A model generated the notes under the pieces. It saw only the letters and a program-made list of their open reading frames with translations. It searched no databases and was not told the origin of the DNA. A stretch of DNA of 63,870 bases, counting the filler, from Octopus bimaculoides (lineage: Eukaryota): the NCBI RefSeq assembly GCF_001194135.2. It is 7 parts of 7 records of this genome, joined end to end, with 100 filler letters (N's around TTAATTAATTAA, not from the genome) between each part and the next. Parts side by side here need not be neighbours in the genome. Positions count along the whole stretch, not along the records: positions 26,865 to 48,844 come from NC_068992.1; positions 48,945 to 55,415 come from NC_068993.1; 5 more parts are not named here. One strand, written 5' to 3'. A program made the position numbers and the translations under genes. Positions within the stretch are counted from its first letter, which is position 1. Each line of letters opens with the position of its first letter. Shown in pieces: positions 38,191 through 50,975 of this stretch.

Positions 38191-39484
38191 ATTCACAGCG
38201 AGTTGAAAATATATTGAAAATAAGGGAGTTGAAAATATATCAATTCTTTCTAGATTCGAACCACACGGATCCGTTTTCCACTAATTTAATTCTTTTCTAC
38301 CGTGATAACCTTAGCTTTAATTCTTTATCTTGTATAAAGTCGACCCTTCCTTAAAATATTATGCAATATCATTTATTTGTAATGTAGAGAATACAGCGGA
38401 AAATGTAAACAACACAGGCTCGAAGAGAGCTAGTATTTTTGTATCACACACACATATAAACACACACCTAAGTAAATAGTATCCATAGATATCATGAAGA
38501 ATTTTCTTTTATTGATCGTAACCAATGACTGATGTCACTGAAAATATCATTAATCCTGAGTGAACTGCCTACTGTAGGTCATTTGAGATATTCCCTTGTG
38601 AATCTCAGGAATGTTGCTCTATTACTCTACTAATAGCTTTTTAGAATTATCCGCAATGCTCATTGATAGATTATGTTCAAGAGATAAATGGACCCTGGAG
38701 ATGATTTCGAAAGATTGGAAGACAATAGTTCTATAGTAATATTATTATGAATTATAATCGTTCTGAATAAATGACAACACAGGCGGTAGTTGCTGTTTTC
38801 GGAAGCGGCGTTTATCAAGAGAAAGATGTGTATGCTATCAGGTGCAATGACTGAAATTAATTTATCACAGTTAATAAAAGTTCTAAAGATGACAGTTCAT
38901 CTTCAGTCATTGACCAATTTTATCGCTAGGAAGCGGCTGAAAAGCTGGCTATCCTGTCGACTGAAAATGGCGCATTTTTTCTTTCTATTTTTTTTTTCGG
39001 GGGGGGGGGGCAGTTCTAAGATTTTCTATATATAACGGTGAGTAAAATAATATATAAAACCAAAAAGATATACTTGCACAAATTTAAAGTGCGTATTCAA
39101 ATTATGACAGCTACATATAACTTGTATTCATATAAACAACATTTTGATTATGTTTTAGAAAATCATTGATATTGTGTAAATAATTGGGAAGTAGTAGAAG
39201 CACTGAACAGAATAATGCTTTCAAATACAATCATTTACACTTTTCTGTAATTAACTCTCTCCTTCTCTCTCTCTCCCTCTCTCTCTCTCTCTTTCACTTA
39301 CACACAAACAGACATACACATGAAATGTATACATAAATACGCCCACTTGCCTGTATTTCATTCAAAACTGTTTAGTGTGCCACTAATTAATATATGTGCG
39401 TGCGTGAATACATACATACAAACATACATACATATATGCAAACATACATGTGTGTATATATATATATATATATATACATTTTTT

Positions 39485-39780
39485 AGAGCACTCTATCGGT
39501 TACGACCACAGAGTTACGGCTGATACGATCAACGGAACAGCTTGCTCGTGAAATTAACATGCAAGTGGCTAAGCACTCCTACCCTTAACGTAGTTTTCAA
39601 GAAGATTCAATGTGACACAAAGTGTGACAAGGCTGGTGTTACTCATTTCTACCAGCTTCAGTGGACTGAAGCAATGTGATATAAAGTGTCTTGCTCAAGG
39701 AAACAACGAGTCGCGGGAATTTAACTAAAGACCATACGACCGCGAGCCGAATGCCCTAACCACTAAGCTACGTGCCTTAA
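39485..39780 (-). mobile_element. tRNA-head SINE with CORE-like middle and a family-B-type 3' tail
   Basis: Minus: GGCACGTAGCTTAGTGGTTAGGGC.. head, TTCCTTGAGCAAGACACTTT..TTGCTTCAGT middle, and tail CTACGTTAAGGG..AATTTCACGAGCAAGCTGTTCCGTTGATCG shared with family B. Confidence 0.7.
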
Positions 39781-39793
39781 CACACACACACAC

Positions 39794-39935
<142 letters not shown>

Positions 39936-39948
39936 ACGCACACACACA

Positions 39949-40360
39949 GGGGTAGTTGTGTGATAATAAGTTGGCTTTTCAACCACTTTCTTCTGGGTTC
40001 AATCCCACAGCTTGGTATCTTCGTCAAGTGTATTGATCTATTGCTTCGAGCTGACCAAATACTTGTGAGTGAACTTGGTAGATAGAAACTGAAAGAAGCC
40101 TTTCGTGTGTGTGTGTGTGTGTGTGTGTGTCTTTGAGTGTCTTCTTATCAGTGTTTGTCTCCCCCGTTATTGCTTGACAACCTGTGTTGGTGTGTTTACG
40201 CCCACTTCCCCCACTTAGCGGTTCGACACAATACATCTATAGAATAAGTTCTATGCTTAAAACATGTAATTCCTGGTGTCGATTTGTTCTACTAAATTCC
40301 TTCAAGGCGTTACTCCAGCCTGGCCGCAGTCAAATGACTGAAACAAGTAAAAGAATAAAA
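39949..40360 (+). mobile_element. SINE family C, near full length
   Basis: tRNA-like head ..CAACCAC..GGGTTCAATCCCAC, internal (TG)n, tail AAATGACTGAAACAAGTAAAAG. Confidence 0.85.
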
Positions 40361-40418
40361 AATATGAATATATATATAATTTTTTAAATTCTTTTATTCT
40401 TTTAGTTGTCTCATATAA

Positions 40419-40449
<31 letters not shown>

Positions 40450-41219
40450 TTTGTGTGTGTGTGTGTGTGTCTGTGTGTACGCTAATATGCATAACCGTAT
40501 ATAAACACAGAAGATAAAGTACCTGTAATAAAAACAATAATGTATTGAGTCGGACACTCATACATCATAAAAGGAAATTAGCAAAAAATACTTCTAATGA
40601 TTATGAATAGCTTCGCATGAAAAATTTAAGATGAATGTTTGAAGCAATAATCAGATCACTGCACATTGTTAAAATAAACACACACGATTATACACAAACA
40701 CATACGGATGCCTAGTTCCATGCACACACACATATACACACAAACAGATACATAATCTTGTAGTCAGAAACAAAAATATGTTCCACGCTATTGACGCGTG
40801 AATCTAACGTAAAATATGTTAATATCAACGCTGCTGCTTACGTTGATCACACTGGCCTTCTGATATCCATGATATATAACGAAAATAATACATGCCACCT
40901 TTACTTTATGCAGAAGTTGAAATCGTGATGACCTAGTGACGTCGGTGTTGAACATAGGAAATTCACAGTTTCAAGCAAACTATATGGAATTTACAAATAA
41001 TTGTGAGTAACTGTTGATAAATCACAGCTAGCGAGAACCGTCGTACTTTCTGTACAATATACACATGTAATATATACAAATGCGGATGTTGATTGTGGGT
41101 GTTAAACACTATAGTATGTTCGCATCTATAATATATCTCTGCTATAAATTTACGTTATAAAACATTCTCTATACCAGGCAGGACATTCATTTGCAATACT
41201 GCAGTACTACTTGAACTGA

Positions 41220-42123
41220 TAATGTTTTCAAATTCTGGCATAAAGCCTGAAAATTCTGTAAAGGGGCTAAGATGATCAAATTGATCCCAGTGTTCAACTG
41301 ATACTTATTTTATCGACCTCAAATGAATGAAAGTCAAGATCGGCTAAGGTGATATTTGAACTCAGAACTCAGAACGTAACAACGGACAAATCGCCACTAA
41401 GCATTTACCCGATTTTGCCAGTTCACCGTCTGAAACTGCTTGTTACTAAAATTGATTTCAAATTTTGGCATAAGGCCAGTAATTTCCAGAGAGAGCTTTG
41501 TCGATTATATCGATGACAGTATTCAACTGGTACTTATTTCATCGATTCCGAAAGAATGAAAGACAAAATCGACACCGGCGGAAGTTGAACTCAGAACGTT
41601 AGGAAGGACGGTATGCTGCTGAGTATTTTAACCGATGTTCTAACGATTCTGCCAGTACGTCGCTCTTAATTACTTATACTAATATTGATTTCAAATTTTA
41701 GCAAAAGGCCAGCAATATTTGGTGAGGATTAAGCCGATTACATCAAACCCGACCCAAGATGTAATTATTTCATCGATCCCGGAAGGATAAAAAGTGATGT
41801 CTACTGCACCGGAATTTGAACTCAAAACGTGCTAACCATTCTACCAGATCACTGCCTGAAACTACTTCTGCTAATACTGAAATCCGTGTAGTAGCAGTAA
41901 CGTTACTTTTCTACTCTAGGCAGAAAGCCCGATGTTTTAAAGGGAGGGGGGGGGGCAGTCGATTAGATCGACCCCAGTACGCAACTGCTACTGAACTTAT
42001 CGACCCCGAAAGGCTGAAAAGCAAAGTCGACCTCAGCGGAATTTGAACTCAGAACGTAAATACAGACGAAATACCACTAAGCATTTCGCCCGGTGTGCTA
42101 ACGATTCTGCCAGCTCACCGCCG
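41220..42123 (-). mobile_element. Tandem array of four SINE family A copies
   Basis: TTGAACTCAGAAC-type boxes near 41356, 41586, 41816 and 42044, spaced about 230 bp apart. Confidence 0.85.
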
Positions 42124-43479
42124 GAAACTACTTCTGCTAATACTGAAATTCGTGTAGCAAGAGTAATGTTCCTGTCGCTAATGAATCCGGTTGTGAACCG
42201 AATTAATTATATGCGTCTGTGTTTGTTAAATCTTGTACTCCGTCAATCACATGATTGTTAGTTTTTAGTATGTGTAATTACTGAGCTTGCTAATCGAATA
42301 TTTGAATGCATATTCAGTTGTTTATTACAAACGACTGTATTAACTTAGAACGTTTTAGCAGACATCTCTGAAGTAAGCAAATGTTGTAGTTTAAAATTTA
42401 AAAAATGTTAAGTTAGTTATAATGTTGTGTGTTGTTCTTGTTATGCTGGAAAGTTTTAAAGTAATCTGCAAATAACTATGCAGCCAGACAAACAAAATAA
42501 CAAACCTTTGCTTAAAATCATTTCACTCCAAACGGGAAATAATTACAGATATGCTTCTGACCAATTGAAATACTCAGCAACTTGCAGAACTCTATATGAA
42601 ATGAAATATTAGCGGAAAATCTCATCTAAGAATTTTTATTTCTTTATGATCACCTGATACAATCTTGTACGTTCGTTGGCTTAATAAGGTTTTATTCACA
42701 GCACAATTATTGAAAGTTAGATATACATTGTTCCCTTCATTAAATTCTTTACACTAATTTCATTAATAGCCTAATGACAATGGAATAATTATGCTAACTG
42801 CACTAGTGTTTTTTCAGGAAAATCAACTGTTAGCATTATTTAACATTAACCAGTAATTTTTGTCTTTTCGCTTGAGAGGTATTTGCATTTTAGCTCCTTC
42901 AATGAGGCTTCAGATTAGCTGCAGTACTCAAACACTCATCACAGATTATCGGTCAATCTTTTGATCTGCATTGGCCCCCAGTGAGTGTGCAGATGTCATT
43001 GTCATATTAAACTAATTACGCTAACAATAACGTCTGTAAACCATCACTAGAATTGCTACAAAAATTTATTCCCTACCAATGACCACAATGAATATATTGA
43101 TCAGAGATATGCAAAAATATGAAGTAGTCACGAGTGAACGATTTAGATTATACGGTTGGTTAGTCAGGCCCGGCTTACTTTAAAACAGATCAACGGCAAA
43201 CATACACGAAAACGATATAGCTATTTATTTCTTTAGAATGTATTGCACTGTTTTCTGTCCAAATATGAAAAAAAAAAAATCACAATACGTTATTGGAGTT
43301 TCATTCCTTAACAATATTAAGATTATGTAACATGGAAATCTGTGGAAAAAATAGATTCGTGTTACTCTTGGTCATATTGAAGATCAGCATCATCAGGTCG
43401 CACTGCTGTGTAAGGATTCCCATGAACCTCGGTAGCGATCCGATTCTATTGTTCATGATATTTTGTAGGCCAGAAGGAT

Positions 43480-43960
43480 TGCTGTTTATGTTATCACAAA
43501 TCTGCTTGATATAGATTTTAATTTCTCGTTTTCTGCCAGCTATTCCTTGTGTAGGCTTCCACAAGAAAACTTCAGTAACGATTTCGTATTTAGCTCTCGA
43601 ACAATGCCATGCAAATCCAACTCTACGTTCTTTGGTGGTATCTTTTACTAGTCAAAGGTTCCCATACAATCTGTCGTTAACGAGATGATGTCTAAGAGAT
43701 TTTCCAAGCCACTCTTTGCATACAAGTGTAAGCTACATCCAATATTCTTCCAATGTTTGATGTAAGGGTCCATGCAGAGCGGCTATACAACAGAAAAAAA
43801 TAACAGTTACTTGAACGAGGCTCCTTTTCATGTTGTCTGGATGCCTGGTTTTCCGGACGAGAGATAACATGTCAACGGGATGCAAGGCTTTAGCTATAAG
43901 TTTGTTTACATGCGGAGGACCTCTGAATATTACTTTATCATACATAATATCGAAATGTGT
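43480..43960 (-). mobile_element. RTEX-like LINE C-terminal relic
   Basis: LYSRSAWTLTSNIGRILDVAYTCMQRV and HLVNDRLYGNL*LVKDTTKERRVGFAWHCSRAKYEIVTEVFLWKPTQG. Confidence 0.7.
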
Positions 43961-44134
43961 TCTTGCTGATATTGTTTTTATTTCCATAAGATATGTTCTC
44001 TCGTGACAGATATGATAGTTACTGGCCTATTGACAGTCAGAATTCATTAAAGACGAAACATAGTCTTTATTATTCTCTCTGCATCACTCCCCGACAAAAA
44101 GAATGTCAGGTTAAGTCACATTCCACCCCGCCCA

Positions 44135-45497
44135 GTTGACGCCATAGCGGTCAGTGTTTCTGATTCAGGTCTGTTTAACAGACTCTCTGCCGCTGGCTCC
44201 CCAGCTCTCACCTCCACCATTGCTTCTACACCGGAGAGGGAGGAGGAAACAAAGAACAAAGAAAACAAAGTAAACAACACCAGTAACAGCACCAAGACCA
44301 CAACCAGTAGCCATTGTAACGGTTTCGCCTCCGCAGCTAAGCAGAGCTCAGTCAGGCGGGCAGTGCGATCTGTAGTAGCTCCACTGTAGCGTTCTATAGA
44401 GGGTTAGTGGGAGAAAACTGCGACGACGTTCTCGGGGAAACTCTAGGCGTCGAGGATAATCAGCTAAACAGTCTGCTCAGGAGAACTTTCGGGCCGGGGC
44501 CCATGGATAATTTCCAAAGGTCCCTCGCCTGGCAGTGCTACCGAGGTGCGCTACCTGTTCGAGATAAACTCTACCNNNNNNNNNNNNNNNNNNNNNNNNN
44601 NNNNNNNNNNNNNNNNNNNNNNNNNNNNNNNNNNNNNNNNNNNNNNNNNNNNNNNNNNNNNNNNNNNNNNNNNNNNNNNNNNNNNNNNNNNNNNNNNNNN
44701 NNNNNNNNNNNNNNNNNNNNNNNNNNNNNNNNNNNNNNNNNNNNNNNNNNNNNNNNNNNNNNNNNNNNNNNNNNNNNNNNNNNNNNNNNNNNNNNNNNNN
44801 NNNNNNNNNNNNNNNNNNNNNNNNNNNNNNNNNNNNNNNNNNNNNNNNNNNNNNNNNNNNNNNNNNNNNNNNNNNNNNNNNNNNNNNNNNNNNNNNNNNN
44901 NNNNNNNNNNNNNNNNNNNNNNNNNNNNNNNNNNNNNNNNNNNNNNNNNNNNNNNNNNNNNNNNNNNNNNNNNNNNNNNNNNNNNNNNNNNNNNNNNNNN
45001 NNNNNNNNNNNNNNNNNNNNNNNNNNNNNNNNNNNNNNNNCTTTGGCCAAGGCCTCATCAACTTTTTCAAGTTCCACTTGAAAAGGAAGATGAGAGCAGA
45101 GAGGGAAGTGCTGTCTCATAGCAAATTCGTTGAAAGATGGGTGACTGTTGGAAGAATGGCCAGTATAAACGGACCAATTCTGAGAATAAACTTGTAGAAA
45201 AAAAAAGAAGAAAGGGTTCTATACCCCTTTCTTATTTTTTCTGACCAGGCTCCCGTGGTTCTATGGGTTTTCCACGTGTAACCTTTCCTTTTTCGAAGCG
45301 CCTCCCCCTTTGGGAGTTCTACTTATTTATATATCTATTTATTTATTATATCTTTCTCCGTTTTCTTCCTCTGTTTAGACGAACTTTCCTACCTTTTCGG
45401 ACAAAACCTTTTGTAACCTTCGTCCTGTCTTTGTCCTTATGTTTTTAATTGATATTACCCCTTGTGGCCAATAAAACGAATTAATTATTATTATTAT
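44135..45497 (+). mobile_element. Tx1/L1-like LINE remnant (possible ORF1 piece, ORF2 C-terminus, 3' UTR, tail)
   Basis: PMDNFQRSLAWQCYRGALPVRDKLY (zf-RVT-like); after the gap FKFHLKRKMRAEREVLSHSKFVERWV..NL*; pyrimidine-rich UTR, AATAAA, (ATT)n. Confidence 0.65.
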
Positions 45498-45650
45498 TTA
45501 GTTGTCTTATTTTTATCACGTGCTTTCACTGCACCTCCGAGCGTAATTGTATGTGCCTTGGGTATGTGCCTTGAATTGTTGTAATGCTCTTATTTTTTAT
45601 TAAATTGAAACTGTTTTACGTAAGACGTGTGCTTAGTAATGCTATTTTCT
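45482..45650 (-). mobile_element. R4/Dong-like 3' UTR stub
   Basis: Diverged homologue of 25190-25330 (CACGTGCTTTCAC..CCGAGCG..CCTTGGGTATGTGC). Confidence 0.7.
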
Positions 45651-45703
45651 TCTTATTATTTGATGAAAACTCACAGCTTATTTTGCTGGGTTGGATGGGA
45701 AGC

Positions 45704-45834
45704 GTTAACTGTCAACAGCTAGCAGACTAAGGTGACACTTGTTTACTGGTCATGCTTCAACAACTCTGCGAAGAATCCAGTGAACATGACTAGTAACACG
45801 TGTCACCTAAGTCTGCTGGTTGGGGACAGCTGAC
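45704..45834 (+). other. Long imperfect hairpin (pre-miRNA-like or small MITE)
   Basis: Stem of roughly 50 bp: CAGCTAGCAGACTAAGGTGACACTTGTTTACTGGTCATGCTTCA pairs with TGAACATGACTAGTAACACGTGTCACCTAAGTCTGCTGGTTG around a 21-nt loop, with outer extensions. Confidence 0.75.
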
Positions 45835-45857
45835 ACTTTGCACAATTATTATTCTTA

Positions 45858-46180
45858 TAAGGCGGCGAGCTGGCAGAAACTTTAGCTCGCCAGGCGAAAT
45901 ACTTATCGGTATTTCGTTTGTTTTTACGTTCTAAGTTCAAATTCCGCCGAGGTCGACTTTGCCTTTCATCCTTTCGGAGTCGAAAATTAAGTACTAGTTG
46001 CGTACTAGGATCGATCTAACTGAAAGCTCCCCCCCCTCTTTCTAAAAATTACGGGCCTTCTGCCCAGAGTAAAAAGGAATTCTTTCCACCGAGGTCGACT
46101 TTGCCTTTCATTGCTGGGGTCGATGTAATCGATTAGTCTCCTCCTCACAAATTTCAGGCATTGTGCGTATAGTTGAAATA
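45858..46180 (+). mobile_element. SINE family A, one full copy plus a partial copy
   Basis: TAAGGCGGCGAGCTGGCAGAA.. and a second CCGAGGTCGACTTTGCCTTTCA at 46088. Confidence 0.88.
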
Positions 46181-46467
46181 ATAATAATAATAATAATAAT
46201 TATTATTATTATTATTTTATGTTTGACTTTTGTTTTGCATNNNNNNNNNNNNNNNNNNNNNNNNNNNNNNNNNNNNNNNNNNNNNNNNNNNNNNNNNNNN
46301 NNNNNNNNNNNNNNNNNNNNNNNNNNNNNNNNNNNNNNNNNNNNNNNNNNNNNNNNNNNNNNNNNNNNNNNNNNNNNNNNNNNNNNNNNNNNNNNNNNNN
46401 NNNNNNNNNNNNNNNNNNNNNNNNNNNNNNNNNNNNNNNNNNNNNNNNNNNNNNNNNNNNNNNNNNC

Positions 46468-46690
46468 CATAAGGAAATTATGTGTTTGTTTTAAAATTTG
46501 AGATCACGTAGACAGTATTTTACGTAGGATATGGGCAGTTCCCATGAGCACTATCTTTTGAACTTCAGCCATTTTGGGGTTTGTTGGTATCTGAGCTAGG
46601 TAGTAATCAGCCCGTTTCGCTGTCATTCCCAGGGCACCTATGACAATAGGTATTGTTTTCGTCTTCAGATTCCACATTTTCCTAAGTTGT
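46468..46690 (-). mobile_element. R4/Dong-like RLE 3' end
   Basis: LRKMWNLKTKTIPIVIGALGMTAK..IVLMGTAHILRKILST*. Confidence 0.88.
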
Positions 46691-46716
46691 TGTTGTTGTT
46701 GTTGTTGTTGTCGTTG

Positions 46717-46747
<31 letters not shown>

Positions 46748-46760
46748 TGTTGTTGTTGTT

Positions 46761-47215
46761 GAGGCGGCGAGCTGGCAGAATCATTAATACGCCGGGCGGA
46801 ATGCTTAGATGGTATTTCGTCTGCCGTTGCGTTCTGAGTCCAAATACCGCCGATGTTGACTTTGCTTTTCACTCTCAAAATTAGAACCAGTTACGCACTG
46901 GGGTCAATGTAATAGACTTTACCCCTTCCATCAAATTTGAGGCCCTGTGCTTCCAGTTTAAAGGATTATTATCATCAAAGGGGCGAACTATCAGGATCGT
47001 CATCACGCTGGGTGACATACCTAGTGGTATTTTGTTTGGCCCTACGTTCTCAGTTCAAATTGTGCTGAGATCGGCTTTGCCTTACATGTTTTATAAATTC
47101 TAATCCTTTATATATCAAATACCAGTTGAGTACTAGGGTCGATTAAATCGACTTTCCATTCTCCCAAATTTCAGGCCTTTTGCCTATAATAGAAAGGAAT
47201 ATTATCATTATTATA
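46761..47215 (+). mobile_element. Two SINE family A copies in tandem
   Basis: Heads near 46761 and 46978; tails AAAGGATTATT and AAAGGAATATT. Confidence 0.82.
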
Positions 47216-47558
47216 AACCCTCCTCACAACTAGAACCAAAGAAATATTGTTAAGTATTAGAGGAATTTTCTCGTAGTCATGCATCCAACATTCTTTGATG
47301 TAGTTTCAGCAAATATGTAGATACTCCTAAATATATATAAATGTTTGATTAAAATACAAGAGAAAACGAAACCTCACAGAAAAGTAATATAGCCTTTAAA
47401 TTACTTTATTACCAAAGTAGACTTTGACGAGATTCGAGCTCACATAATTATGAAATTTATCACTCAATAATGTCAGATAATTCTCTAAAATATCAACGTA
47501 TTTGTTTGATTTGAAATGAGGATTTGATTAACATTCCATGTGTCGAAATACACTTTAC

Positions 47559-47641
47559 CACGTATCATCAGCAGATACTATCGCAGTAGAGTCTATATTG
47601 TTCAATGATAAAACCACGAACACGTTATCGCAAGATGCAAG
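47559..47641 (-). CDS. Candidate internal exon, product unknown
   Basis: Minus acceptor GATTGTTTTCAG, donor GTG|GTAAAG, 83 nt, single open frame LASCDNVFVVLSLNNIDSTAIVSADDT(W). No homology recognised. Confidence 0.25.
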
Positions 47642-47730
47642 CTGAAAACAATCTATCATGAAAACTAATAATTTTTTTAAGAGAGTAATATTTATGGCGT
47701 TTTTTCTAATTTTTAAAGAATACATGCGCG

Positions 47731-47769
<39 letters not shown>

Positions 47770-47969
47770 TTCCATGTTTGTGTGTGTTTCCATGTTTGTG
47801 TGTGTGCGTGTAGGTGTGTCTGTACATGTGTGTTTATATTACATTCACGTTTTCAGAATATTCATTTTTCATGTTCATATTCATCATCATTTCCATTATC
47901 TCGATAGGAAAAAATATTAAGAAGATATTATCTTCGTAATCTAATAAGATTATTTCCTATATTTTTCAG

Positions 47970-48013
47970 ATTCATGGAAGTATCCAGCAGTTAATTCACC
48001 CATTTTGTATTAA
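47970..48013 (+). CDS. Candidate terminal exon, product unknown
   Basis: Acceptor CCTATATTTTTCAG, phase-1 frame xSWKYPAVNSPILY*, followed by AT-rich non-repeat sequence containing AATAAA. Confidence 0.15.
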
Positions 48014-48808
48014 CAGAGAAGGAATATATCATTTATCCATATATTCTCATATAATAATGGTCGCAAAACAAACAAAACAATACAAATGAAAATGCAAGAC
48101 AAAACAAAACAAAAATAGCAAATACTTATCTTCCCTCTGCTGTTGCATATCTAAAGTTACATTCCGATTTATCAAATGTAATTATCATCATAAGAATTCG
48201 AAATCTAGATGTATGGGTGACAATTAAAATCGCTAAAGTATTTTAAATTATAAATATGAAATTGGTATCTTTTGGGGGAATATACACCAACCAACTGTAT
48301 ATTCGAAATGTTTTCGCGTAATAATCGGTATATGAATCAATTGATATTTAATCGCATTGATTTCATAATTGAGGGGTAGAAAATGCGGTGTAATATCACT
48401 GATGCATATGAAGATTTCAAAGTAAGAGAAAAATAGAAAAATAAAAGATATATGTATAAAAGTAACAGTAAAAATAACGAATGGGTTTGCGATTTGGAAA
48501 TTATTTAAAATCAAACACGGCGTACGGTTATGAATGTAATAAAACAACCAAAAGGAAAGCTTGAATTTATATAATTATACCTGCGCGAAAAACAAAGAAT
48601 GGATTCGAAAAATAACTTCAATTAGTGTTTCATTTAAAGAAGTCAATAAATTAATACAGTTATAGATACTGAAGTTTCTTCATTTCCAATAAATTACGAT
48701 TTCAAACATATAAGGCAATATATATTTAAATGTAAAATCGTAAAATTATTGTTTCATAATAAAACATATTGGTATATTTAAAAGGACGGCCAAAATAGAT
48801 AACAATAT

Positions 48809-48844
<36 letters not shown>

Positions 48845-49051
48845 NNNNNNNNNNNNNNNNNNNNNNNNNNNNNNNNNNNNNNNNNNNNTTAATTAATTAA
48901 NNNNNNNNNNNNNNNNNNNNNNNNNNNNNNNNNNNNNNNNNNNNAGTGATATATTTGTAGAAGTGGACTGGTACATAGTGACATCATCTCATCTCAAGGC
49001 TGTTACAAGAAGATATCAACTCGTTTCTAAACTTTTTTTTAATATTAATAT

Positions 49052-49250
49052 AATCGTATCACCAGGCAAAATGCTTTGCGACATTTCGTCCGTCTTTACA
49101 TTCTAAGTTCAAATTCCGCCGCAGTCGACTTTACCTTTCATCCCTACGTGGTCGATAAAATAAGTACCAATTGAGGACTGGGGATGATGTAATCGACTTA
49201 TCCCCTCCTCCTAAATTGCTGGACTTGTGCCAAAATTTGAAACCAACGTT
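49052..49250 (+). mobile_element. SINE family A
   Basis: CATTCTAAGTTCAAATTCCGCCGCAGTCGAC..CTGGGGATGATGTAATCGACT. Confidence 0.85.
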
Positions 49251-49973
49251 AATATCATCGTTTATGAGGACTGTTTCATAGGATATCCACTCGTCTCCTG
49301 TTCAATATCGAATTTAGTTAAATAGTTATACTGTCTCATTTCTGAACAGTTTCACAACTGATATCTTCTTGTTTTTATATTTTTATATACTGATAACTTC
49401 TCGCCAGCAGATATTTTCATACTGAAATCATGTTGTCTCTGGGCTATTTCAGATTAATATCACCATATCTCGATTGTTTCTTAAAGATATCATACTGAAT
49501 TTGGACTGTGTCATAATGGCAATATTTTATATTAGAGACACGCACAATGGTGGGACCTGTATCGCCTACATGAACCACACGCATGAGACTCTAAAATCAG
49601 TAGAATTATCTGGAGTTTAATCTCTATAGAGCGTTGAAGAAAAAAAGGAAGGAAGAAAGACAGAAAGGAAAGAAAGAATAAAAGAAAAGAAGGAAGAAGT
49701 GCAGGACTCCTTTCCCTGATATAGGTGCAAGTTTGAGATGGATGGGTCTCACCATACCTGCAATAAATACTCTTCATGAAAACAAACACCTCTGTAGCTC
49801 TGAATTACTTCTGGGACTAACAAAGTCATTCACTTCTGAGCCTCATACAAACATTCACTTCTGGGAATCACGCACACGCTTCTGTGGGCTCACATACTTA
49901 TCTCACAATGAACAGAATAGAAAATAGCAACAGGAATTAAATAGTACAACATTGATACAGGGTACAAACTTTC

Positions 49974-50018
<45 letters not shown>

Positions 50019-50268
50019 CTGAGAGAGAGAGAGGGGCCCCAACATATCTACGGAGTACTTGGATGGTATTTCATTTTATCGACGATCTAAAGGGAGATAA
50101 CTAAAGACATATCTAATAACAGCATGCCCGTTATTTATGAAGGAGGTGCCTCATTTTTGATTAGTATGTATTTTACTGACATCAAAAGGTTGAAAGGCAA
50201 AAATTAGATACCTTCTTGGTTTAAAGTGAAAACATTAAGGAATGTAACTAAATGCATTTCAGTAATCA

Positions 50269-50303
<35 letters not shown>

Positions 50304-50400
50304 TACATACATACATGTATGTATGTATGTATGCATATATGTATGCATATATGTATGTATGTGTGTATGTATGTATGGAGTCTATCTCACACACACACAT

Positions 50401-50442
<42 letters not shown>

Positions 50443-50519
50443 ATGTGTGTGTGTGTATGTGTGTGTGTGTGTGTGTATAAATATGCACTTCGCATCGGTT
50501 TCGCTTTCGAATAATACCA

Positions 50520-50716
50520 CCCCACTAGCTAGGCGAGCAGGCCAACATTCACCCCACCCCGGAAAACTAATCCGTCGCAGGATTGCCCATTTACAGCTGG
50601 AGCAACGTGAAATGAAGTGTTTTGCTCAAGAACACAATGCGTAGCCTGTCTGAGAATCGAAACTGCGATCTCACGACCGTGAGTGCAATGCCTCTGACCA
50701 CTAGACCACACATCTG
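50520..50716 (-). mobile_element. tRNA-head SINE with CORE-like domain
   Basis: Minus GTGTGGTCTAGTGGTCAGAGGCATTGCACTCACGGTCGTGAGATCGCAGTTTCGATTC..TGTTCTTGAGCAAAACACTTCATTTCACGTTGCTCCAG. Confidence 0.7.
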
Positions 50717-50774
50717 CCCTTGTGGCAAAAATTTGAAATAATTATATATGCACATATATTCATATATAATTATT

Positions 50775-50975
50775 TCGAATTTTTGCTACAAGAGCAGCTT
50801 GGTAGAGGCGGGGATGAGTCGATTACATCGCCCCAGTGTTCAACTGGTACTTAATTTATCGACCCCGAAAGGCAAAGTCGACTTCGGTGGAATTTGAACT
50901 CAGAACGTAGCGGCGAGCAAAATATCGCTAACCATTTCATCCAGCGTGCTAACTAGTCTGCCAGCTCACCGTCTT
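50775..50975 (-). mobile_element. SINE family A
   Basis: AAAGTCGACTTCGGTGGAATTTGAACTCAGAACG..CTGCCAGCTCACCGTCTTA. Confidence 0.85.
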
